DNA of 63,828 nucleotides, the filler included, from Choristocarpus tenellus KU-1152 (lineage: Eukaryota > Protista > Phaeophyceae): NCBI GenBank assembly GCA_964200185.2. It is 10 parts of 10 records of this genome, joined end to end, with 100 filler letters (N's around TTAATTAATTAA, not from the genome) between each part and the next. Parts side by side here need not be neighbours in the genome. Positions count along the whole stretch, not along the records: positions 36,283 to 47,078 come from CAXNAD020002708.1; positions 47,179 to 50,472 come from CAXNAD020020975.1; 8 more parts are not named here. One strand, 5' to 3'. Below the pieces are notes generated by a model. It was given only the letters and a program-made list of their open reading frames with translations, was not told the DNA's origin and did not search any database. Shown here piece by piece: positions 37,401 to 50,164 of this stretch. A program made the translations under genes and the position numbers. Each line of letters begins with the position of its first letter. Positions within the stretch are counted from its first letter, which is position 1.

Positions 37401-37460
37401 GGTTAGGTCAGGGTCAGGGTCAGGGTCAGGGTCAGGGTCAGGGTTAGAGTTAGAGTTAGA
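37401..37460 (+). repeat. Interstitial telomere-like hexamers (TCAGGG)n/TTAGAG
   Basis: GGTTAGG, then about six TCAGGG, then TTAGAG units. Confidence 0.8.
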
Positions 37461-38689
37461 TCATCGAAAATGGGTGAAAGATAGTAAAAAGTGATTGATC
37501 CTTGAGAGGTTATAGTTCCCTAGTGCACACTATACTCCTTTAGCACTTCTGCGAAAATGTTTTCTTAGCTGTTAGGAATATTTTCACACACAAATTGGGA
37601 GTAGGGATAAGGTATAGAGTTAGAGATAGGATTAGGCTTTCATAAATGCGTGCGAAAAAAGCGAAAAAAAAATAGAGTGGGGTTCCCTATGGACTGTAGG
37701 GGTTCCCGAATAAAGGGTCGTTCCCGAATGAAGGGGGGCAGGGGGGCTCGGCTCCCCTGTGCACTGCAACATTTTACTTGTCAACGGTCAACATCACAGG
37801 TAGACCCTTGAACAGTAGGTGGAAAATATCCAAGATTACCGCTCTAGCATACAACGTCAGATTTCTTATTGATAAGATAGTATAATCCCGAGCGGATTCG
37901 AACCCATATATTCTCATGAAGATACGACACCAGACAGTACACGTCGTGTCAGTTCTCACAAAACCAAAATGGATTTTAAATTGTGTTGATAGGATTGACG
38001 TGTACTTTAAAAAAAATCGAAGGGACCTATCTAGTTCCAAGGTTTTAATTAAGATTTACACAAGATCCAGAGAAGACACTTCTTTGGAATGTTCTAAGGT
38101 TTACGTACTATTTAAAAAGCATGCAGAGAATATTGCTAGGAATGTTCGGGGATTATTTGCGTGGAAGAACATCCATTCAAGTCACATACCAAAGAGCGTG
38201 TGCATGGTCCAATATTGAGTCGTCTTCTTGATATTACCCAATACACACCAATTATTAATAGTAATTCCTACAATGATAGTAAGAGACTCCTGCAGTTAGG
38301 TATCATTTTTGTCCATCCTTCTAAGTAGTGAATATAATTTTCAAGAGAATGTCCAGGTTTTCGAATGTTAAGAACTTATAGGAAGATCATATCTATATCC
38401 CTAAACGAAAGTAATTGAGCAATAATATATATTCTTAGTAGTAAGTGCATAAAGAACACTTGGATATGGGAGGATAGACCCTAAAAACACAATCTTTAAG
38501 TTTGGATTTGAAAAAGGCCCTTTTTAAAGTAGATGGACGACGAAAATATTCCAGAAATTTCCAAATTGCCATCTCCTAACTCTGTAGTATACACGAACTG
38601 GTGGTATGACTGTATAAGATACTTACGATGAACCACACAACATAGTGAAATAACAAATTAGTGTTTTTCACAGTTGTGGCATACTTTAT

Positions 38690-38780
38690 TTCTCTCGGGC
38701 ATATTCTCACATGTAGAATATATTTCGTTGGTATCGCCTATGACACATCTACAGAAGAATGTGAGAGGGCATAATAATAT
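38690..38780 (+). mobile_element. 3'-terminal fragment of the CRE-like LINE family
   Basis: TGACACATCTACAGAAGAATGTGAGAGGGCATAATAAT matches the family 3' end. Confidence 0.6.
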
Positions 38781-39433
38781 ATTACCTTTACATAATATAT
38801 AATTACTTTTACAAAAGGTTGAATGGACTTTTCATTGTTTTTTTTCTTGACACATATGGAAAATTTCATAGGACAAAATAATATGTAAACTGCCTCCTTT
38901 CAAAGCGACTTCAATAATCACACACTACTTCTGTTTGTACCGCCAACTAAGTTATATCATTTGCCCACCACTGACATTATACAGGTACTTGGAGGGGAGA
39001 GGATGTTTATTTCTTTCTACCTTTTGTTTTGAATTTAGAAGAAGAGAAAAGATAAACCAGAAAGATTAAGCCTACAAAACCTTTTGTGTCCAAGTGTGGT
39101 CATTGGTCACGATGTCACAACTAAACCACAACCATCCCTTATTTTGAACAGCCTGACGTTGCACGAAGTATAATTTTTAAGTGTACCCCTAAACAATTAT
39201 TGTAGTGTCTGAAGCATCACATTGTGTCAAAGTTAATGATGAACAGGCCCCAGTTGATCTTGACACAAAAATGGACTGAACATTGCAATTCACCAACCCA
39301 TGTAAGAAGGATCAGTGAGTTGGTTCTTTCGCATGTGACCCATAGTACTGCTACGCAACGGTGTCGACCTCATCTTGCCAAAAAGAAATAAACGAGACCT
39401 CGACGCCCCGCAAACGAAGTCACAGCCCAGCAG

Positions 39434-41573
39434 ATGCCGTGTCGACAACGAAGAGCTGATGTAGGCGATGTTTCCACCCCTATTGCTATTGAACCAACTC
39501 CTGGCAACCGCACATCACAAAGGCATCCCTCTAGTCGTAAGTCACGCAGTGCTGCTGGTTCTCTTGCTGGAGCTATCCCTCCTTCCGCTGGATCCGGCTG
39601 TAGAGTTGCGTCTTTTCTGACAAGCCTCCTGCACATGATCAAGTCTGAGGATGAGAACGTCATCTGCTACTACGATGGTGAGACGTCGCTCGCGTTATAC
39701 GCATACTCCCCTTGTCTCTGAATCACAGTCCCTCATCTTGACATGTATCTTGTGACATCAAGTCGATCCTCGGGTCACACCAGTGGCCTCGTTTCGGATG
39801 TGACTGAACGCATGACCATCTTTCACACATTAACTGTTTGTGTTGTGGTGTTGCATATCCTGCAAGGAGGAACGCGATCTAGTTCAGTCCTCGTGGTTCC
39901 CATCTCACTCATTCTCTATGTTACTGTTATGTATGTCTCTATGGTCTGTTCGGGGGTCAGGAAACGTCATCTTACGCAATCCCGTTCGTCTGGCCGAGCA
40001 ACTGCTGCCACGGTACTTTAGGCATGCCAGGTTCGCGTCTTTCCAGAGGCAGCTGCACTATTTTGGCTTCCGCAAGATCGTCGGAAAGGGAAGGCTTAAG
40101 GTGTATGATCATCACAAATATTTCTCTGTACATAGAAAAGAGCCCGTCAGACCCCTCATGTTCTGCCCCATCCAGCCACGACTTGAACACCTTTCCCTGT
40201 CGTTTATTGTCCTATGGTGGCCTCCTTATTGTCCGCTCTACCTCCCTGGTCATCTTGCCTGGATAATCCTAAGCGTTAGCATCAAGTCATCTTTGATAGG
40301 TGGTACTTTCTAACTATATTGCTGCTTTGCTGGGAGAACAACATAGACACCAACAACTTCTCTATAGACCAATGGTTGCCCTCGACAATCCATCCCCTGC
40401 CACCGTTGTTTATTCTCACTCCTTCTCCATTTTCCCACTATTGTTGTCGAAATATGTCCTTTTGCTGCCTCCTGCCTGGCTCTGTGTATTTTTCCATCCA
40501 GCCTGCCGTCTTCTTCAACTACACGCTACAGGTATGTGACCAGGTACAGTGCCATAGGTTTGTCATAGTCGCCCACTCTTTCTGCATTACTCTCCAGCAC
40601 ACACAACCCGATCTTCACGCACCCCATAACCGCTACCAACTGTCATCTACCCAACCACACGCAGGGACAGGAGCCAGAGAAGATACTCTCTCTACACCGA
40701 CGTACGAGACTCAACTTGGAAGATTCTAACCAGGGAACATCAGTGTTCATGCAGCCCATGTCTCCCTACAGCTTATCCCGTGGTAATGACTATATCCTAG
40801 AACTGGCGCCCTCGTCCATCTTCAGTAACAGCAACAGACCGTCAACAGAACGTTCAACAACACCACCACCATCGCCATTACCTTCATCTTCATCAGTCAC
40901 CTACCCATACCACCGTGTATCTGGCTCACAGGCTGGAAATATCGCGGAGGATGACATTGTTAAATTTAATCATAGGATTGAGGGGGCCATGGCTTTCCCA
41001 ACCTTACCTCCAAGCCCACTTGAGGAGGAGCCTGTTGGCAGGCCTGTTATCACCGCCTCGTTCACATTGCCGAACATTTCTACTATTCACGAGCGGATCA
41101 ACACCAAAGAGTTAGGATGCTACGACTACAAGCAAAACAACAGTGACCTCTGCGATATCCTGAGGGAGAGAATGGGGCGCATCAGAGGCCTCAGCGGCGA
41201 GCAACTCGACTTCGTTTTAGAAGGTGGCAGCAGTGGCAACAGTAACAGCAAGAGGACTCCTTTGGGAGTGAAATTTCCGCCTGAAAAATCTACTTCAGTC
41301 TGGAACAGAGTCGGAGATGTTGGTAATCCCATTATTGGAATGTTTGACCAGAGCGATGGCTTCAGCAGTGGCGTTGACACCAGTGGCTTCAGCAATATGG
41401 TCAGTCTCGTAGGAGTGGGGGACTTGGGGAGCGAATGGGGATGGGGAGATGACCGCATCATAAGTGACACCGTCACGACACCACTTTTCACCCAAAAGAC
41501 ACACTCTATCATGTCAGATGAGGAGATGCTGAGATCTATAGAGGTGGGTGAGCTCTGGAACTCCATGAAGTAG
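39434..41573 (+). CDS. HSF-type DNA-binding transcription factor. Exons 39434-39677, 39961-40100, 40502-40531, 40665-41573
   Basis: FLTSLLHMI...LAEQLLPRYFRHARFASFQRQLHYFGFRK...PAVFFNYTLQ|GQEPEKILSLHRR forms a complete HSF DNA-binding domain, followed by a long low-complexity acidic tail. Phases are consistent. Confidence 0.9.
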
Positions 41574-42076
41574 CAAATCGCTACCTGTTGGAGATAGGAG
41601 GATGAAGGGGGTTCATCCTACCTGAGTCTCTGGAGAAATATTTCAGCCGTAGGACAAGGCCAACTAATACCTTTGCAAAGAAGGGGTGGGGAGGATTGCT
41701 GGTGGTACGAGATGAGAAGATTCTAAACTTTGACATAGATCACATAGACAATGCACCATGGGATGCCGACACACATGAGCTCGTGAGAGGGTGGTTTGTC
41801 TTCTGTCGCAAACACGTAAGGTGCTTAAATTTGTGGGAACCAAATTGAAGGCAATTTTTGTTTAATTGTGAACAGATTTTGATTCGTACATTTAGTCAAA
41901 AGGGGACTTAGAAGCTCAGATCGGGGTTGCCGAGGGGAGTCGAGTAAGTGGGGTTGGTGGGTCAGGGAGTTACGGTAGAGATACAGTACTATGGAGCGTT
42001 TGCACCACACACGCGATATATATATATATATCTTACAATTCTCGTAAAATGCCGAGGGTCGCCTAGGGGACTAGGT

Positions 42077-42248
42077 CCAAAGTATCTGCGGGGGGGGTGG
42101 CGGCTGTCCATTTTGAGTCAAGTTTTCACGTCGCGATTCTTGGGTGATTTGGTTGCATACGTCGGATGGATAATGTAAATGCACTTTTCCTTATTTTGGT
42201 CCAAATGGACACCTGGTGTAGACCCCCCCTCCCCGCCAGATACTTTGG
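42077..42248 (-). mobile_element. Complete 172-bp MITE with terminal inverted repeats
   Basis: CCAAAGTATCTG(C)GGGGGGGG ... CCCCCCCTCCCCGCCAGATACTTTGG; non-coding; four copies in the window. TSD not resolved. Confidence 0.85.
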
Positions 42249-43384
42249 GTAAAATATTCACGTCTCAGCCACTACAAAGGCGTGCATGCCCTGCAACATC
42301 CTCTACACCCTCAAGCATATACAGACAAAACATAACTGTCAATACTCCAAGTACTATTTTCCAACTACTTTCATTAATCTTGGCATGACTTTTTGAAGTG
42401 ACGGCTCGCACACCCATATATTCTTACGCCTACAACCTACACACATGCAGTATCAACACACTCCAAAAAAGGCTATCATACCAAGGATCGGGTTGATATG
42501 CCCAACCAAAAAAACAAAATTACCTTGAACTGCATTTCGAACATTGGTTTTCGAAGTTGGGTCTATGACTACCTTGTATGTCTAATGCACGACGTGTTTT
42601 TTCACCCTCCCACGCAGACCAATTTTGGAGACCAGTGATAGATACAAAATGCCTTAGAAATGTTTTGGAGACCAGTGATAGTACGGGCCGTGCATTAGTT
42701 CAGAAATGATAAAATTTCCACACAGGGAAATTCGTTGGTGGGCAGAGTGCTACGAGCATATGGAATATCGCTGTTCATACTGTAGCACACACTGCAAAAA
42801 TAACTTGTTTGCTGGTTTGGAGACACTATGAATGTCCATGTCTTCATCTCTGTTGCCCTTTCACAGAGGTGTACTGACTGATATGATTTCGCCTCTGTGA
42901 AGCATATACGAACAAAATGGAAAATCTCCTCTGTAGAAAACTGGGTTGATTTTTGTGTGAAGAGTGTTTGTCACAAGAATATCGTCCATACCATATGAAC
43001 TCTGTTGTATCTAGCAATGCATCCAGATTGTCCCACCTCGCACAAAAGCAACAAGATGCACATAGTTGCACAGACCACATCGACAAGACCCGCGGTGAGT
43101 GCATAAAAAATCAAGGACTGGAACAGGCAGTCTGGATGCTCAATCTTTCCCCCCCCCCTCCTACTCCACCCCAACCACTCTCACCCTCTTTACCTTGCAG
43201 TAGATATGACATGTCTCTGCAACTTCTCTTCTCACGAACACCAAACTACCATCCACCAACCTTTAAGCCGCATCACATGCCTCCTACAGAAACCTGTTCA
43301 ACATTGATTGCTATAGCACATGTTTCCCTCTTCGTGTCAATGTCCTCCTCACCAACCTCTCTCTCCCCTCCTGCCTTCTCCAAG

Positions 43385-43930
43385 GGTGACCTTGAGCTGG
43401 CTTATGGGATCGGGGTATCTCCTCTCTGTGACCGGAGGGACAAAAACCTGCCTAAGAGCCAATGTGATTTCATCGACTTTATCGTCCGGCCATGTGTCAA
43501 CATACTATCAGACTTTTGTAAGGTGAAATATTTTCAATAAATTTTGACCAGCTATTGTGGCAGGGGACGTATCACTTTGATATATTGAATGTGTTGGTGA
43601 TGGTCGCTGCTTCGTCCCGCAGCTTAAGCCCTCACCCTTCTCTGTTCAGCAGGAACAGTCAGCGCCAGTACAGCAGGGGGAGTAACCATAGAGGAAGATT
43701 AAATGCACAAAATCAAGCATCCTTTTGATATCCCTCTCCTCTCTCGGCGGTAGGTTTCAATTTGGAACAACCAGCTCAATTTCAACTTCCATGAGTGGAA
43801 GAAGCAGCATGAGGCACAAGGGGGTGCCTCTGCTTCTGGAGGATTGCCACGCACCACAACACGGCTGCATGGAGTAAAAGGGATGCAAACAAGCGGGGCA
43901 TTAGCCGCGGCAAAGCAACCTTTACAATGA
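43385..43930 (+). CDS. Last two exons of a class I cyclic-nucleotide phosphodiesterase (43385-43522, 43754-43930); upstream exons not found
   Basis: GDLELAYGIGVSPLCDRRDKNLPKSQCDFIDFIVRP is the PDE C-terminal signature including the invariant Gln; then VSIWNNQLNFNFHEWK...*. Confidence 0.85.
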
Positions 43931-46499
43931 TCTGTTTATATCTTCAAGGATTTGTTGGAACCTTTAACAATAGCAATGGTGATATCAGGATTGGCATTGT
44001 ATCTCGTTACTGTTGGACGTTTTTGTGGTGAGCAACATGCTGCCTGCACATATATACAGCTGCTAGCAGCTGGCGTGGGGCATGCGTGGAGAAGGGGCAA
44101 GGGGAAGTTTGGAGGATTACAGCGACTGCAATGAATTGCAAGGGTGGTTACAGAGGGTTGAGATAGGACAACGTAGTTTGAGATGTCCGACTGCAGCACG
44201 GCTCTGGTCAAGGGGTAGTAGTAGTAGAAGTAGTAGCAGTGTATGATACTACAGCAACTTGTAGTGTGGAAGTGATGACCTTGCGAAATTCTCCAGAGTA
44301 TAAGATTTCGCAAGTCAAAATAGAAGGAAATAGTGCATCCTTTGATATGGCATTGAGGGAAGGTTGAAGTGCTTATGTTATATGTATGACTGTGAGTTGC
44401 CTAGGTGCAGGAAGGAGATTGACTTCAAATGTTGGGAGATAGATGCATAGTGTTGCAAGGTGACTTAGAGGCAGCCTTGCTGTTGGTAGTATTTCCTTCA
44501 GTAGGTTTGACGCCGGGTTGATATTCTTGGGTTACTTGGGTATGAGAAGGAGATCCACTTTGAAATGTAAGCATTGAACTATAGAGAAGTAGTGCTCATC
44601 AGAAGTGTTGTGATGTCAATTTTAGAGGAAGAAAGTCGATACTCTCGACCCATTACTTGACACTATTAACTTTGTTGTCAGAAAACAAGTAAGTGGATGA
44701 GCTGAGACCTAGTGACTACTATTGTAGTGGTAGGGAGCCTGCACGCATGTAGCCAATAAAGAATAACTCTTCATCAAAGCTTCCTTGCATCCCCCATCGT
44801 TACTACCGAGAACTAGATGAATAATACTGTGCATTGCTGTCCTCTGCGGATTGAGGCTAAGACACAACTTGAGTGGAGATATAATCGTTGGGATCATGGA
44901 TATGACCAAGACACCTTTGTGGAATTCGTAATTAGGACACAGACCCTCTCCTAACCATTTCCACTCGTTCTTAGAAGGGCGAGGTTTTTCGTCTCATACG
45001 GAGCGCTAGAGAGTACTATATAGCGCTACCAACCTTACTACAGTTCAAGATAAGGTCGTAGTCTTCTGTATGCATTTAACATTTGAGAACTGACTCATCC
45101 AACCCATTACCCATCTCCTTGTGTCCAGATACCCAAGCAAACTGTTCGCTGCCACAGGATCGTTCAGCATTGTTGCAAATATCTTACTAGAATAACCTAT
45201 GTTGCATGCTGCATGCTGCATGTCTTCATGTTACTCGGAAATTAATGTACAACAGCAGCAACAAGAGCAACGCGATTTGTTCTTTAACTACGACCAAGTA
45301 GATTGAGTTATACTTCTTGCAGAGCAATGAGTGAGTGATAGTGGAAAGGGATGCCCAGCCCTCAGTTAACTTCTGTCAAATGTTGTGACTGAACCCAAGA
45401 GAGCAATCTGCTACTCAAGTACAACTTGTATGAAAAAGGTCCTGTCTTGAATCAGAGTAAACAAAAGGTACCCAGACTTGCATTCTAAGGATGTTGACAA
45501 GTAGGGTGCAAAGTTGGTCTTTTATTACACATGTGTATATACGATATTCTCTTAATTTCTCGGGAAAGTTTCAAACAATAGAACAATAAACGCTATTTAA
45601 GTCAAAGTTAGAACTTCATCCAAAGAAATATGGGTAAAGTGTAAAACATTGAAAAAAAGACATCAAACGTAAAACAACCAAAACCTGGGTATCCCTCGTT
45701 TACTTTGGCTCCTTGTCGGGTTCTCGATCTTGTGAGTTGTCGAGGTGTAAGGAGCAATTTCAGCTTTGTTGTGAGTTTTCTAACAGTCGCCGATAATCCT
45801 CGGTAGTTGCGTCCTACAAAACCATAATAGAACATTGTTCATGAGATGATCATTCAATATAATAAGAGTAGTTGTGTATGTATGTTATGAATCGTAGAGA
45901 TTGGCTTTTTTTACACGAAATATCTTAGAGTAGATAACAGTCTTTGGCACTGTCAATCACAGTCTTTGCATTGCAGTCTTCACAAGATCGAGGAAGGATG
46001 ACATGACTCACAGAGGCAGAGTAAACGAGAGGTGCTCGGGGTTGCATTAATCATATTGACAATTATTGACAAAATTCGGCGCTTTCCACAAATATGCATA
46101 GGGACTTTTCTGTCTTCTGTCGAAAATTATGAAACAATAGAGAAATAATCCCCTCAAGTCACTCGTAGCATTTCATCCATAGAAATAAGGTGTGAACCAC
46201 AAGAAATGAAATTAGTGGCTTGAAATGCAAAACAGTCGAAATCTGTGTAAACTCTCATTTTCTTTGGCTCACAGCGGGGAAGAGATGGGTGAGAGAGAGG
46301 ACGAGTACAGCGTCAACATATGTTAAGAATATTGCATTATACTAGAGGGGAGGAGGATGGTCGTTGCTTGCTACAGTCTACTATGCCGTCAGCTGACCCT
46401 CTTGATTTCAATCATAATAGCCATCGTGACGATAGATACTGAAACACGCATTGCTATTGTCGTGGACACTCAAAAGGGACCAACCAACCTAGCTCTGTG

Positions 46500-46950
46500 T
46501 CCAACACTGCAAATTCCTGTAGGACTGTATTGGGTTCCACGAAACGAAACGTACGCACGGACTCATGCTTACAGAGAAGCCCTGAAGAGAACTGAACGTA
46601 AGCGCAATACGGGTAGTATGAGCGAAAGGAGGGTGCAATTTGCAGGTTTCATGTTGTGGATGGAAGATGATAATTTGCCCATGAACCTAATGCTCGAGGA
46701 ACTTACTGCTGATAAACCAAATGGGGAGTAGGGAGTTGCAGAGAAAAAATGGTGATCATGCCTCCATGATGACTGTGTGCCTTTTGACATTGCGGCTAAT
46801 CAGTCAGTTTAACTTACAGAGAAGTCAAACAGGTGGTACAAATGAGTGTAGGCTGGAGCAAAATACTTCACGGACGCCTGGCATACTGCTGGGTGAGGTC
46901 AAAACAGTCATAGCCCATCATGCCAAAGTGTCCAATCACCACGTGCGACA
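46500..46950 (+). mobile_element. Decayed C-terminal fragment of an RTE-like LINE
   Basis: AYREALKRT...ERRVQFAGFMLWMEDDNLPMNLMLEEL...EKKW*SCLHDD matches the post-RT RRLxFAGxxxRMxxxRLPK...W region; contains stops. Confidence 0.7.
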
Positions 46951-47196
46951 ATGCTTGCTGAGCTTCTTCCCTTTTTCTTCTTTTCTTCTTCGGAGGGGAA
47001 GGGGAATAGACTGTTAAAGTATCCCCAAAATCATCAAAGAGGATAAAGGTGATAAACCAGGCGAGATTGGTTAGTTGTNNNNNNNNNNNNNNNNNNNNNN
47101 NNNNNNNNNNNNNNNNNNNNNNTTAATTAATTAANNNNNNNNNNNNNNNNNNNNNNNNNNNNNNNNNNNNNNNNNNNNAAAAGCAGATGGCAGGTG

Positions 47197-47266
47197 CCGC
47201 GCACCATTTTGGGTCAAACCCATCCTCCATCGTATGCTCCATCCTCAATTTTGGTGAGAGGCTGTT
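47197..47266 (-). repeat. AACAGCC-terminus repeat copy next to a contig start
   Basis: Reverse complement of 23264-23334. Confidence 0.8.
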
Positions 47267-48551
47267 AAGACTCTTCATCTATAGATTCTGATGCACCATT
47301 CACTGCAACAAGAGAGTGGGGCAGATATAGGAGGACAATAGCATAACGTTCTTCATCAGCCTTAAAATTCCAACAGAGTGCACACCTCACGGCACAACAT
47401 TAGACCTCACTTCAACAAGCTCCCCACCAGTGATAAACTGCAGCATGTATGAGAATTCCAATTCAGTTACGCCTTCCAGAACCCCTAAAACACCATTTCT
47501 AGGGAAGACCACTTTGGGTTTCAATGAGCAAGTCTGAATTCAAAAAATGAAGTGTGTACTATTTTGAATACCATTCAGAAAGTAATGTAATACCAGGAAG
47601 GATAGGAAGAAAAAAGGACAGAGCGTGCAACCAAAATAGACACCTCTGCCAGGCGCTGTATCCCCCAGGAGTTGCACGTGTAGGACAGAGAGATGGGAAA
47701 GGGGAGGGAACACAGTGCGAATCCTTTCGCCTGTGTGTGTGAGGGAGCTTATGTTGAAGTCAAGGTGATATGTCGAAATGTGACATATATACGAACTATA
47801 CAGTACCTATAGTCTTTTCACTGGGCTGGCAAATTAAAAATTCCATGTCCCACTAGATATTGAACAAGTCCACTCTGCTGGATTGACCGGGTCAAACATT
47901 CTCCAACATATCCGGACTATGATCACGGGTTATTGTACCGGTCAATGTCCACTAACCAGTCAGTCTAGCTTCTTTCCTTGCATTTGACCATAGCTGCCAA
48001 CCAGTCCAATTTTTTTCTGGCGTGTCCGAACCATGTCCACTACGTGTTGTACAAGTCCAAATGACAATTTCGTTGGCCTTTTCATGTGGAGATTGTCACA
48101 AAGATTGTTGCTATCTCTGGGTCCATCACTGGCACGATCACTACTTACAGTATCCCTACCAGTACTCAGTACATATTCTCTCAATCAGGGTTGAGGTTTG
48201 CATCCACTGAACTTCGTGTTCACAGATCACACAACGGTGCGGAGTGATGTGTAATGTTGATTATTGGAGTGTGAATATGAGATATCGTGACATGGATAAC
48301 AAATCACGTCATCCACATCCAACAATGCACTTGTATTAAATTTATCATGTTTAATAGTGTAAATAGTAAAATTGAAACAAATATGGAAGTACAGTTTTAT
48401 ATTATATATGTAGTAATTTCAATATTCAAGTATAGGATAGAAGATTCAAGTAGAATGGACGGTAAAATCGGAAATTAGGGAGGCATGGCCATGACGTGGC
48501 TGGTCCAGGTGTTCAAAAATTAACCAACTGACAGGAAAGATGTGCTAATAT

Positions 48552-49692
48552 GGCTGAGTCCATAGCCATCACTTACTCAGCACGACCAGGGCTGCAGCTG
48601 GCTGTGCACAACCAAGTCCAAACATGACCGAGTCCATGGCCATCAACCGTTTCAACATGGTCATCCTGTGGATCGGGCCATGGCCATATGGTCGGCAGTG
48701 GGCATGCCAACCGTCCTTCGCAGTGAAACGCCCTGCCTATAACAGCATTGCTTCTTACGACATACAAGGACGAGAGCCAGAACTTACACAGGCAGGTGGG
48801 AGGGGGCGAGCAGACAGGCAGAAAGACATACAGACAGATGGATGGACATAAATTACTCGTTTCTACAAGGCATGTATGTGAGAGGGACCAAAAAGGTTGC
48901 AAGGTCCCCTTTCGGGAATATTAGACCTCAAGCTTCGAACAGTTGCAAAGATAATACACAACTCTATACAGTTAACGCTGGCATGTATAAAGAGACAGAT
49001 GGGCAGACGGATGGGTGGATGGACAGGAATTACCTTGTTTTACATGGTAAACGCATGAGGGGTAAAAAGACAGTTCTATATATAGTAGATAGATTATAGA
49101 GATATTTGTAATATATTCATAGTATAATGGGACTCAAACTTCTAACAATTCGAAAAGAGAAAAAGCAAAAAACAGCTCTATAGAGCCAGCCACACGAGGA
49201 AGAGAGGTGGTATGAATAACTACAGAAACAGATAAATGGACCTTCAGCACTACTACCATACCTTACGATATTTTTTACGTTAGATCCTACCATATTAGAG
49301 TCAAAGTAAGCGAGAGGTACTCAGGTTTGCGTTTTAAGGATGTATATAGGGAATTTTCTACATTTTGTCGAAAGCTTTTAACAACAGAAAAACCCAACGC
49401 TCTCAAGTCAATTTTAGTATTCCAACCATAGAAAATGGGTGAATCGTAGAAGAGTAAAGAAGCAACTTAAATGCAAAACGGCCAAAAGCTGGTACCTCTT
49501 TTTACTTTGGCTCTCATGCTGTATCTTTCAAAGTTCCCAGTTTTTTCATCGGACCAGGCAGGTAACATATCCACTATCGGGTGGCATATTGAAATGGCCA
49601 TTAGCCATGGACTTGGTCATGTTTGAACTTGGTTGTACATGGTCGGTTGGTTGTCCCACTCATGCTGAGTAGTGATAGCCATGGACTCAGCA
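48552..49692. repeat. Pair of diverged inverted repeats of about 120-130 bp (48552-48680 and 49575-49692)
   Basis: GCTGAGTCCATAGCCATCAC...ACAACCAAGTCCAAACATGACCGAGTCCATGGC versus GCCATGGACTTGGTCATGTTTGAACTTGGTTGT...GTGATAGCCATGGACTCAGC. Confidence 0.75.
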
Positions 49693-50055
49693 ATGTTAGA
49701 GAGCCAAAGTGTATCTTAGAGGGTAGAGCCGCGTCTACTTGGGGGTCAAAATCCAATGTTGCGATTTTGATGTAATTTTGGCTATCGTGTTTTTAAGGAA
49801 GTGTCAATATCCTTGTTCCGTACACACTTTTTACTAACGTATACATTTTACCTACCCCGAATCATTTCGGAGTAGGAAATGTCATTCAAATTCCGTGGGA
49901 AGCCAAGCCCCAAATGAACAAACAGGGCAAAACTCGTACCCTCTATGATACTTTAACTCAGAACATTTTATCTATGGGCACTCAGGTAATATTTTTTGGA
50001 CACTCAAACCAGCCACATCATGTTCATCCCTCCCTATTTTCCATTCACTCTCCTT

Positions 50056-50109
<54 letters not shown>

Positions 50110-50164
50110 TGTGCATATATGTATCTTTTATCCTATACTGCCGCTGTAAGTACAAAATATTATA

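Noticed and set aside
37885-37910. GAGCGGATTCGAACC resembling a reverse tRNA T-arm/B-box
   Set aside because: No cloverleaf or acceptor stem could be built around it.
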